Shown: piece by piece, positions 37,502-49,600 of the stretch
Numbering within the stretch: the first letter of the stretch is position 1
How the letters are laid out: the number at the start of each line of letters is the position of its first letter
Assembly (NCBI RefSeq): GCF_964355755.1
Contig: NC_092671.1
Coordinates: 3,038,001-3,102,000 of the forward strand
Source of the DNA: Antedon mediterranea
Lineage: Eukaryota; Animalia; Echinodermata
Length of the DNA: 64,000 bases
Direction of reading: 5' to 3'
Notes under the pieces: generated by a model
Seen by the model: the letters and a program-made list of their open reading frames with translations, nothing else
The model's database searches: none
What the model was told of the DNA's origin: nothing
Program-made: the position numbers and the translations under genes

Positions 37502-39813
37502 TCAATCTGAATCAGACGCATTCTGTTGGGTCGTTGCTGTACCGGCGTTAACAACAGCTGACAAATCTTCCTCACCTGATTGGATCCTTTCACCTGAAAA
37601 CAAAAGATTATGTACAATAATTCAATACATTTTGACAAAAAAATACATTAAACAACATTGTGTATATATATAATATAACGAATAAATACAATATTTTTTT
37701 GGTAAAAATCACTGTACCATACACATTATTATGACTAAAAAAATATTGATTTAATAAAGTTCACAAGAAACAAAAAAAAAAACAATATATAAAATAATAA
37801 AAGTTGTGTAGGACAACCACCCAAATAAATATAAACATATAAAACAGATAAAATAGATAAAATATAAAATAATTAATCAATCATTTATAAAATAATTGCC
37901 ACTTACGGATTAATTCTGCTATGGCTCGTTGCGTCCTTTTTTCTAATCGTTCAAGCTTTTTTGCAACATCGCGTTTTAAATCCCTGAAATAAGAAACACC
38001 CATAATGCATTGTTACATGGATTAAGGTTGATTTTGAGTGATTTTTTTGGCCCTGAAGGTGGCCCCTTAACAGAAGTTGTACTTACCAATCTGGTTTTCT
38101 TGGAGCTAAATTCATGATATCAACTTCTTGTACGACCGGTGCTGGCTTGCCAGCTGATAACTGATCTGCAATTTGATTTTCAACTGAAAAAAAGAACATA
38201 TTATTGATCAATATAACTTTGATAAAATATATTTTTTAATTATAAAAACAATAATTAATACATTACATGCTATTGTCGGACTCACTTTAAGAGTACTCAG
38301 AGATGAATTCAGTAACATACCTGATGGTAAAGCTGAGTCGGCTACCTTATTCTCTGCTAACTCATCATCTGTTGGTTGGTAATTTTTGAAGACAGGCTTG
38401 CTATAGGTAAATAGATAGAATTTATTTAGTGTTGCAGTAACAAACAGAGAATACAGCATTAAAGTCTAGTAAAGTCGTAGTACTAGTAGGCCTTATTCCC
38501 AGTGAAGTCATTACATGGGATCACTGTTTTTTATCTAACCCACTAGAACATGGGTTCTCAGAACTTTTCCACCTTGAACAGATTAGAAATTACAAATTAT
38601 TATATAATTATTGTATTGTCAGATAGAGCATAGTTACAAAGTCCTTTAATCTCAATGGGCCCTAAAAGAATATTAACCCATTAACATTAAATTAATCATT
38701 ACTTTTATTTATTTAATTTTTTTCGCAAGACATAAACTCGCAGGCTGCATGCATTCAGCCCATGGGTTCCTGTTGAGTTCCACTGTACTATAACACACAC
38801 ACGATTCAGGAACGATTCGGCCCACTTTTGGTGGGACGATTTGGCCCACTTTTGGGCCGAAACGTCTCACTTTAGACCAAATTCATATTCATTTTTGTTA
38901 GTATTTATCAAGTTTTTAAAGGTGTTTAACAATCCGTATTTTATTGATATTGACAAAGTTGATATAATATAAATTACTAAAAAAACGTAATTTTATATTC
39001 AATTTATTACTTCGAAAACCTTGTTTATTTCGTGCATTTGCCAAGCGGCCAACAGAGGGCGTAACTTGTTTACATCGTCCGCGTGACTAAAAAATGATCC
39101 TTTTCGACAATGTTTTCAAAATGTTTGCTTTATACATCTTTATCCCTAGTAGTGCTATTCCATAGTCTCTCTGAAAATAAAGTTTGGGAGAAAAAAGCTT
39201 ATTTTATGCTTATAAATGCATATCAAAGCCGATAAATGTAAGTGTGCCAAATCGTCTCAGGGCCGAATCGTCCCAGGCCGAATAGTCCCGGGCCGAATCG
39301 TCCCAGGGCCGAATCGTCCCGCTACCCACACAAGCACAGCAGAACCAGACACAAACAAAGTCAACATTTTCACAACCCAGTCACAGTGTGTGATTCTTTC
39401 CTTACTTTGTTGTTTCATTGGCATTTTCTTCTGCAAACCGCTTAGCTTCTGGCTCAGAACTATCATCATTCTAATAAAAAGAAAATTTTTCAATTTTATA
39501 AAATAAGTAGGTCTAGGCTAGTCTAGGACATAATTTATAGCATATTAGCCCAGGCCCTAGGCCAAGCTAGCTAGTAGTAAGCCTAGCCTATGCCTAGACT
39601 AGTTGGCCGAATGCGCCCAGGACAGGTCGGATCTAGGCCTAGGCCTAGGCCTAGCTAAATTATTATTGTATTATTTAAGTGTTAACAATATAACATTTAG
39701 AATATAAAAATATTAATGATTGAACTAACGTTTCCTTGTTTCTTCTTTTTTAATGCTTTTAATCTCTCTTTTCTTTTTCGAGCTTCTTCCTCGAGTGAAC
39801 CCACCGCCGCCAT
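37502..39813 (-). CDS. CCDC12: Coiled-coil domain-containing protein 12 (Cwf18 spliceosome component), 6 coding exons
   Basis: Exons 39730-39813, 39406-39470, 38321-38400, 38087-38183, 37907-37983, 37502-37593. MAAVGSLEEEARKRKERLKALKK...FKNYQPTDDEL...VDIMNLAPRKPDWDLKRDVAKKLERLEKRTQRAIAELIRERI. Confidence 0.96.
38803..39326. mobile_element. Non-autonomous DNA transposon with subterminal GGCCGAATCGTCC arrays, in CCDC12 intron 2
   Basis: ACGATTCGGCCC-type copies at the left end and four GGCCGAAT(C/A)GTCCC copies at the right end. Possible CACAC TSD. Confidence 0.7.
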
Positions 39814-39914
39814 TATTAGAGCGTCATTTCGACGATCGATCGAGCAGCATTAATTAACTCTACTTCTACGGAGCGCCATTTATGCCTTTATTTACTTCCG
39901 AAATAGAAATAACT

Positions 39915-40290
39915 GGTTCAGTGGACCAAATTTAGCACCAGTGGAGCACAGTGATATAAAATAGAAATAAGTCACTGAATGTTAATATCTTTTCGTATTT
40001 TAATACACTGTGCTCAAATGGACCCAATTTGGCGTCAGTGGAGCACAGTGATATAAAATAGAAATAAGTCACTGAATTGTAATACTGTATCTTTACAATG
40101 TACTCAATTAAGTGTACCCAATTTGGCACCAGACGAGCACAGTGATATAAAATAGAAATAATTCACGGAATTTTAATATCTTTTCGTATGTTAATACACT
40201 GTGCTCAAGTGGACTCAACTTGGAGCCGGCCAGTGGAGCACAGTGATGTAAAATAGAAATAAGTCACTGAATTTTAATATCTTTTCGTAT
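39915..40290. repeat. ~90 bp tandem repeat x4
   Basis: GAGCACAGTGATATAAAATAGAAATAA(G/T)TCAC(T/G)GAAT recurs four times. Confidence 0.85.
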
Positions 40291-40550
40291 TAAGCATATT
40301 TGAATACCTACCGGTATGGTACCATACATGTTCGACAATACAGTGTCACATATCTCTATTTAAAAAAAAAACAGTATTAAAAAAAAAAAAAAAATCCGTC
40401 GAGGTTCGAACCCCAGCCGATAGCACTCAAAACCGTTACCCGTTACGCCACCAAGTATGACTGAACAGCTGATAATAGTCTATTTATACGTGTATTACGT
40501 AATTGATCATTACGTCATAAATATCCTATTAACCTCGCTAAAACCAAAAT

Positions 40551-40715
40551 GATCAGTTAGCTCAGTCATCTGAACGTCGTGTTAACACACGTATGTCGTG
40601 GGTTCGATTCCCACGCTGGTCGGTGGAATAGAGTTAAGGCTATGCGAGCCACTGTGTTTGGGGTTCACAGATCATACGTCCCCCTTTCCACCACACATCC
40701 TGAGGCGACAACATC
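40551..40715 (+). mobile_element. tRNA(Ile)-like Pol III unit / SINE head, copy 1
   Basis: GATCAGTTAGCTCAGTC...GTCGTGGGTTCGATTCCCACGCTGGTC followed by a non-tRNA body shared with copy 2. Confidence 0.6.
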
Positions 40716-41560
40716 AATGCATCTGGTGATGTGGTGGAAACGACCCCAAAAGGCTGTGGCAGGGCCTTAGTGCTGAGGCAGGGAGAGCACATTTACCATC
40801 TTTTTTTTTGGCTCTCGCCAACTGCTTTGATGGTTTAAATTTTGTGTTTAGTGCCCTCAATTTATTTTAACGTAAAAAAAGGGAATTAATTCTCTTCGTT
40901 ACGTGTTTTTAGAAGAGAATTAATTTTATCTCATCGTAGTTTGGTATGCCGTGCGTTTGTTATGCAAATGAGTTTGTGCAGGTTTAATGGGCAATATGGT
41001 ATTGTTAGTCCTACGAGGTGAACACGCCACAAAATTAAATTTAAAAGTTAAATTTTGATTTTGTTAATCTTTATTAGAAATTCAAATCATGTAAAGATAC
41101 AATTTTTCGGGCGGGAATCTAGAAACTCCCCTCCTTTAGTTTACAAAAGTAATCTTGAAAAGAACCCCATGTGGAAAAGAAGCTTATCCGTTGAAAAGAA
41201 GCCACCGTACCCAAGAGTACTAAAAAATGAGGAACATTCGGGGTGTTATGGTGTCTATTTAATGGAAAAATGAATGTTTATGAACTGTTAATACACTTTT
41301 GTTTATGATTTAAGGTCCACTTGCCTAGACCTGACATTTTCAACCCTCCAAATATCTCTATTTAAAAAAAAACCCAATATTCATTAAAAAAAATATCCGT
41401 AGAGGTTCGAACTCCAGCTGATACCACTCAAAACTGAGCATTACCCGTTGCACCACAAACTGAAACATGACTGAACAGCTGATAATTGTCTATTTATACG
41501 TGTATTACGTAATTCATCATTACATCATAAATATCCTATTAACCTTGATACAACCAAAAT

Positions 41561-41710
41561 GAACAGTTAGCTCAGTCGCCTGAGCGTCGTGTTGACAACA
41601 CGTATGTCGTAGGTTCGATTCCCACGCTGGTCAGTGGAATAGAGTTAAAGGTATGCGACCACTGTGTTTGGGGTTCATTGTACGTCCCTCTTTCCACCAC
41701 ACATCTTGAG
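41561..41710 (+). mobile_element. tRNA(Ile)-like Pol III unit / SINE head, copy 2
   Basis: GAACAGTTAGCTCAGTCGCCTGAGCGTCGTGTTGACAACACGTATGTCGTAGGTTCGATTCCCACGCTGGTCA folds into a near-cloverleaf. No T-run follows, so it is SINE-like rather than a true tRNA. Confidence 0.6.
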
Positions 41711-42830
41711 AAGGCACTAGCAACTAGCAAAACTCCGTCTGGAGCCCAGACTAGTTCGTGGTGTGAGAAAGGATAATGCAAAGTGCTCTATTTTGAATGG
41801 TACTCTGTATTCGGTCAATATTCGATCTGATTCCTCAAACACTACATCAATAGTCAATGTGTGGGAGGATTATAGTGTTATAGAGGAGTATGGATGTGTG
41901 TTTATTAATGAAATGACCGAGCACGCGATAAGATGGAGATGGACAAGCCCAGTTTGGAACGGAGTTTATTTACATGAAAAGAAAAAGATAAATTTGAATC
42001 AATGTGAATGCCAAGATGTTTATGTTTGTCAGTTTGTGATATGGGTATATACGAAACGATATTAAAAGTAGTGACTTTTATTTCTATTTTATATAACTGT
42101 GCTACCCTGGTGCTAAATTGGGTCCACTTGAGCAGTTACCGTAGTACTATTTCTATTATTGAAGTTAATAAAGGCATAAATGGCGCTCCGTAGAGAAGTA
42201 GAGAATGCTCCAGTCGTCACAATGACGCTCTGAATATACCACATTATTTTCAATAACGTCTATTAGTTGACGCCCTCAATGTTTGAATAACTTTTGAGAG
42301 GAGTTATAAAAATAAATCAATTATTGAACATGATTGATTTATTAAAATTATTAATACGTAGCCTGTTTACCTCCTCCGTATGATGAATAAAACTCCTGGT
42401 GTCACAATCCGGTCGCACTTAGATCAATTCACTATATTATGTATACGGAGCAGTACGAGGCCTCCGTCATCGGACGTAAAATTAAGACTCCTTCTCCTTC
42501 CACTTCCCACCTTCTTCCAATTTCTACACATACAAATTAACTTAAACTCTATAAATAAGAGATCAATTTAATTGGTTAAATTGGACAAAGAATCATTGAT
42601 TAATTTAATTTACGTATAGACTGCCTAGCCTATATATGTGTTATTTTCAAGCAGAGCATGCACTGAAACATACAAATACAATGTTACCTAAAACACCCTC
42701 CATACATTTGGAAAATTATTTGCCGTTTCTAGGTATTAATTTTTTTAATGGAGTAATTATTATACCAGGTATTATACTGTAGAATTTGGATATTCAACTA
42801 TACTCATTATAAAGTGCGCCATCTATCAAC

Positions 42831-45800
42831 ATGGCAATTATATTTTCGATGGATCGATCGATCATCATCGTCGACGAACGATCGACACAGGAAAAAATAT
42901 CCGCTCGAGTTCTCACGAACAAACAAAGCGAATATGACTTGAGAATGCTTGCTAGGCATCATCATGAAATTCACTCGTTTAAGGTGACAATTTTCCTAGT
43001 TTTTTTTGGTTCCACAATTATTTTTCAATAATGTATTATATAACCAATAGTTTCTAGTTATAATAGTTGATGATAGGCTATTAGTTTGTTATTTAAAAAG
43101 AAAAATATAGCTCGTTAAGTGGAACAAACTCTGCAGACCCTGCCGTTTAGCGGCGGTGTAGGCCTACAGTAGCTAGGCCCTAGTTAGTTGATAAAGGCAC
43201 AATAAACTCGGGAGAGGAGCGGTCGTGGTGGTTTGCCCACACGAACAGACGTCGTGCTTGCGACCGATATATTAAGTTTATTTTTATTGAACAATGATAA
43301 ATACAGGATAATATTAATTAACTATTATTATGTACTGACTAGTAGAGCGCCTAAAATAAATGATTAACATTTTAATCTCCTAGGCCTAGGCCTATTCCAA
43401 AAAAGAAGGAAGTGACCACCAACCAAGCAAGTCTAACTTCAACTAGGCCTAGGCCTAATTTATTCAATTATTTACTACTCTAACTACATACTTTAGGCCT
43501 GCTGTCTGTTTTTGGCAGGTCCTAGCCTACTGATGGCCTACAACATTCATTGCCATTTGATTTGGCAGCGGTTTGATGCAATTTGGTCATCACAGACCGA
43601 GACAATAACATGTTCATTTGAACTTTTTTTGGTTTTTGCAGTTGTTGTGAACAAAACTGTAAATAGATTTTAATACAGTTCTGCACCACAACAAATGATG
43701 TTAGGCCGAGATGTTTCGAATTGAAAACTCCCTATTTATTGGGGTTGTAAGCCCTGTCTTAACAGTAATTTAATAGTTACTTTCAGAGGAAGTGACTATT
43801 CAGCACATTTGGCCGACTAGTTAATATTATTGATATTGATAAGGCCTAGGTGGCCTATACAAATAATCTTTTTAATTAATGCACGTAACCTATTATATCG
43901 GTGTACTGTATACAGTATATTATACATATCTCGGCCAACTTTTTATGTTTATAACCAACTATAAGTTTGTTTGTCTGTTTAAATCTGAAAGCACCCTCTA
44001 TTGGCAGAATGCACTTTCATTTAATAACCATTAGTTTTGTTAATAAATTACTATGGTCATCATAAATATTTTCCTAGTTAATTCTAGACCAGGATGTTGT
44101 TTGCGGTCTTTCATTCTCATGTTTAAATAAATTTCATTTTAATTCAAGGATTGTTTGTTATATTTTGATTAACAACTTATCACTGTATACTTATCATTTA
44201 TTAATGTTAGTTCATCATCATTAAACACAATTCCTAGTAGATGTATTTACTAAGTATACCTGTACCGACATATTTAGTTTAATGTCATCATGTTTAATGT
44301 GGATTAATCCAGTGATTTATGACATGTTTAATTACATTTAGCATCAACTAGAATTAAAAGACCTTTGCTAGTGAGCTGCCACATTATTAAATTAAAACTG
44401 AAATCTGTAGAGTATTGTATTGTTCAGGCCTCGAATTTGGGGATTTTAGGGGCAAGGCCATTTGGCCTCCGGTTTTCGTTGATTTGAGGGGCACCAAGGC
44501 CAAATGGGAGGGCACCAAGGCCATTTGTTTTAAATCGAAGGGGCACCAAGGCCAAAATTAAAAAATATTTTAATAACTAGGCCAAAATTTAAAAATAGCT
44601 TGTTTCCGGTTGAGCGCCCGGGTGGAATTTTTTTCAAAAAAAAAAAATTCTACCCGCAAACATTTTTGGGGGAATTTCCCCTATTCATCAGATTGCATGG
44701 TAGTAGTAGTAGGAGAGGACTGTCTACATCTTTTTGTATTTCATTATATATAAATATTACGTGTATTTACGATCCATATAAATAATAATTATTAAGGTAC
44801 GATGTTTAGCGTTCACAGTTGTTTCGTTTAGTTTCAAACAATGCGATCAAAAAAAGGCATGTGAAGCCAGGCCCAACGGGTAAAGACCCTAACAACAGCA
44901 AGCACTTAGCAGCACTAAGGCGCAGCGGACGGAGAACACAGGTTACAAAAACAATTTGTTTGTAGGCCTTAACTACAACTATTCATACACAGAGTGTTAA
45001 CCACGGTAAAAATCAAGCCAATGACATTATGTTGTAGAATATAAATTATTGTTATTTTCCGAGTTTCGATTTCTGAAGCTTTTTTGTTAGTATAATCCAT
45101 ATTCATAAGAATTCAAAACACGGACGGACGCCGACCCCTCTCTCTCTCTCTGTTTAGCCTTCTGCACGTGTATTGTGGACTATACCATTTCCTTGAGTTC
45201 GGTAAAAACGCGTTTGTTAATTTAGTGTACGACGTCGTTAAACAAGATTTTTCGATGATCTGTCGGCTGGATTATTGAGGTGGGTGCGATAAAATATAAA
45301 TATAATATACTTCCAACGATCTTCGGGTTGAGGTACCGGTTTAACTTTAGTACTAAAAGTTGACACCCCTAATTTTACACGTATAATTGAATGGACTACA
45401 CCATGCAGGAACGCACATGGTATTTTCATATCAGAGGGTGCGTGTACGTCAAAAGGAATTGTTTTTCCAACGACCGATCCTTCGTACTCACACGTCACAC
45501 GTACGAGACGACGTCGTGTGAAATTTCTTATCAGAGGGTGCGTGTGCGTCAAATGGAATTGTTTTCCCAATGTATTGAATCGATCGCGTGTGTTTGTTGA
45601 TCGGATCGGCGGCGGGAGGATAGGTCAACGAAGGCGGCTAGCTCGATTATTGAGGCGGGGGTGGTGCGACTTTAATACTTTCAGTGACCTCCGATCGAGG
45701 AACGTTTTTAGCTTTATTATTAAAAGTGTACACCCCTGTATTTTAATGTACTATCTATACCATTATTTACCACGCACGGCGGCCGGGACGATATTGTTTT

Positions 45801-46695
45801 GGTTATATAAATATGGTCGATGTTTTCTCTAAATGCGTTTAGGGAAATCCCCTTGCAACGAAGACAGGCGATAGTTTTGCGTCTCGTCCGATATTCTTGA
45901 CATTATTTTCTATCTACTTCAGTGGTTTTTATTGTGGTAAAACTCGGGAAGGGCACTCACGGCCAACGCAAAAAAAAGGGCAGGCCAGTAGTGGCCGTGG
46001 GTGCTATTAATTTTCGAGGGCATTGAGGCCAACTGGGAGGGCACCGACGGCACTGGCCGCGGTGGCCGCGGTAAAATTCGAGGCCTGATTGTTGCTCACA
46101 TTAACACGCCTACAGCAGTTCAGATTTTATCAATACGTTTTACAGTATGATGTACTACTGTAGAATGTGTGTAGTATGAGGTTACCAAGTGGATATATCC
46201 TACTCTTGTATATAGTATTAAACAAACCCTGTTTCTGTATGATTGAGAGTACATGTATGATGTAAGCCTAACCAGTGTACTAGTGTACAGTATCAAACAT
46301 GCTAAGGATACAACATGTACAGTACACTTTGGTCCTCAAGTATACTGTACTGTAAACTATAGGCCCACCTGTATGTAGGACATGTAGTACATTTTAGCCC
46401 TTGCTTACTGTACAATATAATGTACAGTAAGCCTACTGTACCATCTACTGTATATGTGGGCCAGTCAATTTCAAATTTAAAATTCTGTGAAGGACAGCTA
46501 ACCGTTCTGTACTATTAAATTAACAGCTACTATACAGTGAGTACAGAGTAATATAAAATTGAGTACTTTCTTTCAAGAAGTTCCTATTCTTGTTCTTCAC
46601 AGCTTCTTGCCGTTGATAGTGATACAGAATTGAAAGACGCCACTGACAGAATACAGACAGCAGATATATCTTCATTGCCAATCTCCCTGTTGAAG
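42831..46695 (+). CDS. Probable first exons of an unidentified gene with large introns
   Basis: Candidate exon ending ...MLARHHHEIHSFK|GTGACA (donor after 42983), and a 93-nt phase 0/0 open exon 46603-46695 (LLAVDSDTELKDATDRIQTADISSLPISLLK) with a polypyrimidine-CAG acceptor and AAG|GTAAGA donor. No homolog recognised and no further exons found. Confidence 0.4.
44425..46087. mobile_element. Non-autonomous hAT-like element, 6-bp TSD
   Basis: TIR CAGGCCTCGAATTT / AAATTCGAGGCCTG. ATTGTT duplicated at 44419-44424 and 46088-46093. GGGCACCAAGGCCA subterminal repeats. Confidence 0.85.
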
Positions 46696-49600
46696 GTAAG
46701 AAAAGTTTCATAATACATACAGCTTAATATTATACTGTACCTACAATAAAAATGGGAACAAGGGTATACTATCACAGGTTAACTTAAGGCTTGCCCTGTT
46801 TACTAGTTTGAAAACCGAGAAAAGTGTATGCCGTTAATTGTAGATCTCCACATTTTCTTTAAATAGGGGTGTTATGTTGGATTAAACATGCCTTGTAATA
46901 TACTGTAGTAGGTTATGCCAAGTTCAGCAACCTACTTTCACATTGTCACGAACTACAAGTTAATTGATACTTAAATTAAGATAGATATTTAGAAGACTTT
47001 CTAGGCACTTTGCCATAATCAGGCTCAACGGTTATGGTGAACAAGAATGTAAATTAAATGTACACTGTAAACTACCTTCATGTTGCTACAGTATTTGTGA
47101 AATACACAGTTACTGTACATACAGTAGTGTAGGCTTCAAGTCAACATAGTGTATACCTATATATATATATATATATATAATTTTTTTTTATAGTACTTTT
47201 TTGTATTAGCTTTTAACATTTTATATGTGATTTTTATTATGTCTTTCACATTTCCATATGCTTTTCTTATGATCCTTGTTCACTTTCACATCTCCGATTT
47301 CTCTTGCAATGGACCCCATTGGAAATAAATTGACGATTGTCAATTTTATGGGTCGTCCTTGCATCCATTCACTTTGGTTTTAATCAATTTTAATATTCCA
47401 ACTGTTTGTATTTTTTCTTTGTTATGTATTTTAAATGTATTGTTGAATGGATGCTAAAGGAATAAATAAATAAAAATAAATAAATAAAACCTAATGTACA
47501 GTACCCATACTGTATTTATTGTGATATCTACAGTATCATCAGGGGCGGATCCAGCATTATAGATTATAGATAAAAACGATCCATCAGGTTGCAGAAAAAT
47601 GAAAATAGTCATTATTTTATTTAAAAAAGTTAAAAGCAAAGCGCGTTTAGCCCCCGCCTAAATCCTCGCCTGTCTATCCGGAGGGTATTCAGAATTCAGT
47701 GGAAACTTGTATCGGTAAGTTTGCGTCCATTCATACCTTCATATTGTGATTTGACAATGCTGCCATCGGACGCTTTTACTGTATCGATTTTTCACAAATT
47801 TCATGATACAGGAAACAGTACACTAGACATCAACAGTTTTTATACTAATAATACAGTACCCATTGACTACTGTACCTTTAGAATATTATTATCAAGACAA
47901 AAATTCATTTTTTAATTTAATAAAGCACTTGACCCTTTTATGAGAAGTTTTTATCAATGAAAAGTGAGTTCCTTGCCATATGTGGATATTTCTGTTCTAT
48001 TTTTTTTCAACTGTAGAAATAGAAATACTGTATGTTTTTTTACAATATACACTGTATGGCCAATCTCTATTCATTCTCCTATCTTGTTAATGAGACATGG
48101 GAAACTTACTACAACAAGTTATGTTGAAGATCAAATACTGTAATAAGACTTAAAACATATTCAACTATAGTGTAGGCCTAGATATAGTTTATTTCAATGC
48201 CTTTCATTTATGTACAATTTCAGCCTACACAGCCTAGCAGCTACTGAACTAGCTAGCCATTGTTTTGCTACTTTCTTCTACTGTAGTAAATTCAAAGTTT
48301 TGGATAGAAACAATTGATGATGAGAAAAATTGCCAGAATGCAGAGAAAAATTTCATTTTTAAATTTTGTTTTACAATATTGCTAATCAAACTGATTTTTG
48401 AGTCGAGAAACATAGTTTTGTATTGTATTTTTGGCTACACAATTTTAGAAATGTGTAGCAAAAAGGTTGTTTTGTATAGCTTTTTGCTATGCTACACTGG
48501 CGAAATTATTCCCGGGAATGTATGGATCATACCATTTCAATATAGGGGTGTTCATATTAACACATTTGGACATTTAACCAAAGCTACAAAAAACAGCTAT
48601 AATGCACTGTAATTTATGTCTGCTGCATTATGCAACAAATTCCAATTATTTTTATTTGTATAGTAGTCGCATTTCTCGATAGCTGGTGATAAATTACGGA
48701 AATGGAAATAAAATATTAACGTAGAGTGAATTCCAAACCTAGGAAAAATAATAAAAAAATATATTTTATTAGTAAAATTATTATTTAAATATAATTTATT
48801 TGGAGAACTTCAAGTTTTTTATTCACTATTTTAAAATTACAGTAGTTAAAAGAAACAGAAAAAAAAATTAAGTTGTATGATCATCTAGCATTCTTTGCCA
48901 TCATCATTGTACAGTAGACATTTTTTTTTTTTTTTTTTTTTTTTATTCTCATTTTAGGCAAATTGGCAAGGATTACCACAAGTGAATTCATTCACTATCC
49001 TTCTCAAAGATGGCAATCCCATTCACAAGACAAACATATACACAAGATGCTCTACATAAACAAAGACATAATCATAATGGCTTACCTACAGTAGTTTGTA
49101 AAATTCATGCACTGTATTGTTAACTTGTACAGTAGTATAGATGTCAGATTTTAGTCTGTAAATTTGAGATTTAAATTCAAAACGAAAAGATGATTTCTCA
49201 GTAAACAATACAGAGATACACCTACGCACATGACAAAGACTAAATCAAAAGTTTGATCAATTCCACTTACGCGTATTTTGATTCACTCGTTAATCTATTT
49301 TGCGGTACTTACCTTACTTGTATGTATGACATGCTAATTCTTGTATTACTTACAGTAGTGTCCAAGTACATGATGTGATGATTCAAATATCATTATAACT
49401 AAAACATTTGATAATTTCAGAGGATCGTTTCAAGTCATTCATCTAACCCGTGGTTTGGTTGAATTAAGTGTGAACGATCGAAAAAAAATTAATTTGTAAT
49501 TTAAAATGTATGTTTATAACAGAAGAGAAAAGAGGCTAAATAAAACAGAACAAATTCTGCAAATTTTTCTAGGACCAGGTTTACAGAACAGTACTAAACA

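Larger units (their letters stand above)
39818..42231. other. 2.4 kb cassette bounded by ~180 bp inverted repeats, immediately upstream of CCDC12
   Basis: Left arm 39818-~39998 is the reverse complement of 42049-42231 (AGAGCGTCATT...CTCTACTT...CTACGGAGCGCCATTTATGCCTTTAT...GTGGACC.AATTTAGCACCAG...AGCACAG). Confidence 0.75.

Noticed and set aside
39216-39506. ORF with GRIVP repeats
   Set aside because: Translation of transposon subterminal repeats, antisense to CCDC12 exon 2.
41561-41633. Functional tRNA-Val(GAC)
   Set aside because: Mismatched acceptor and T stems, no GG in the D loop, no terminator, a shared downstream SINE-like body, and a disrupted anticodon loop in the sister copy.
42831-46695. 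NBEAL2 ortholog by analogy to vertebrate CCDC12 head-to-head synteny
   Set aside because: The candidate peptide does not resemble the recalled NBEAL2 N-terminus.
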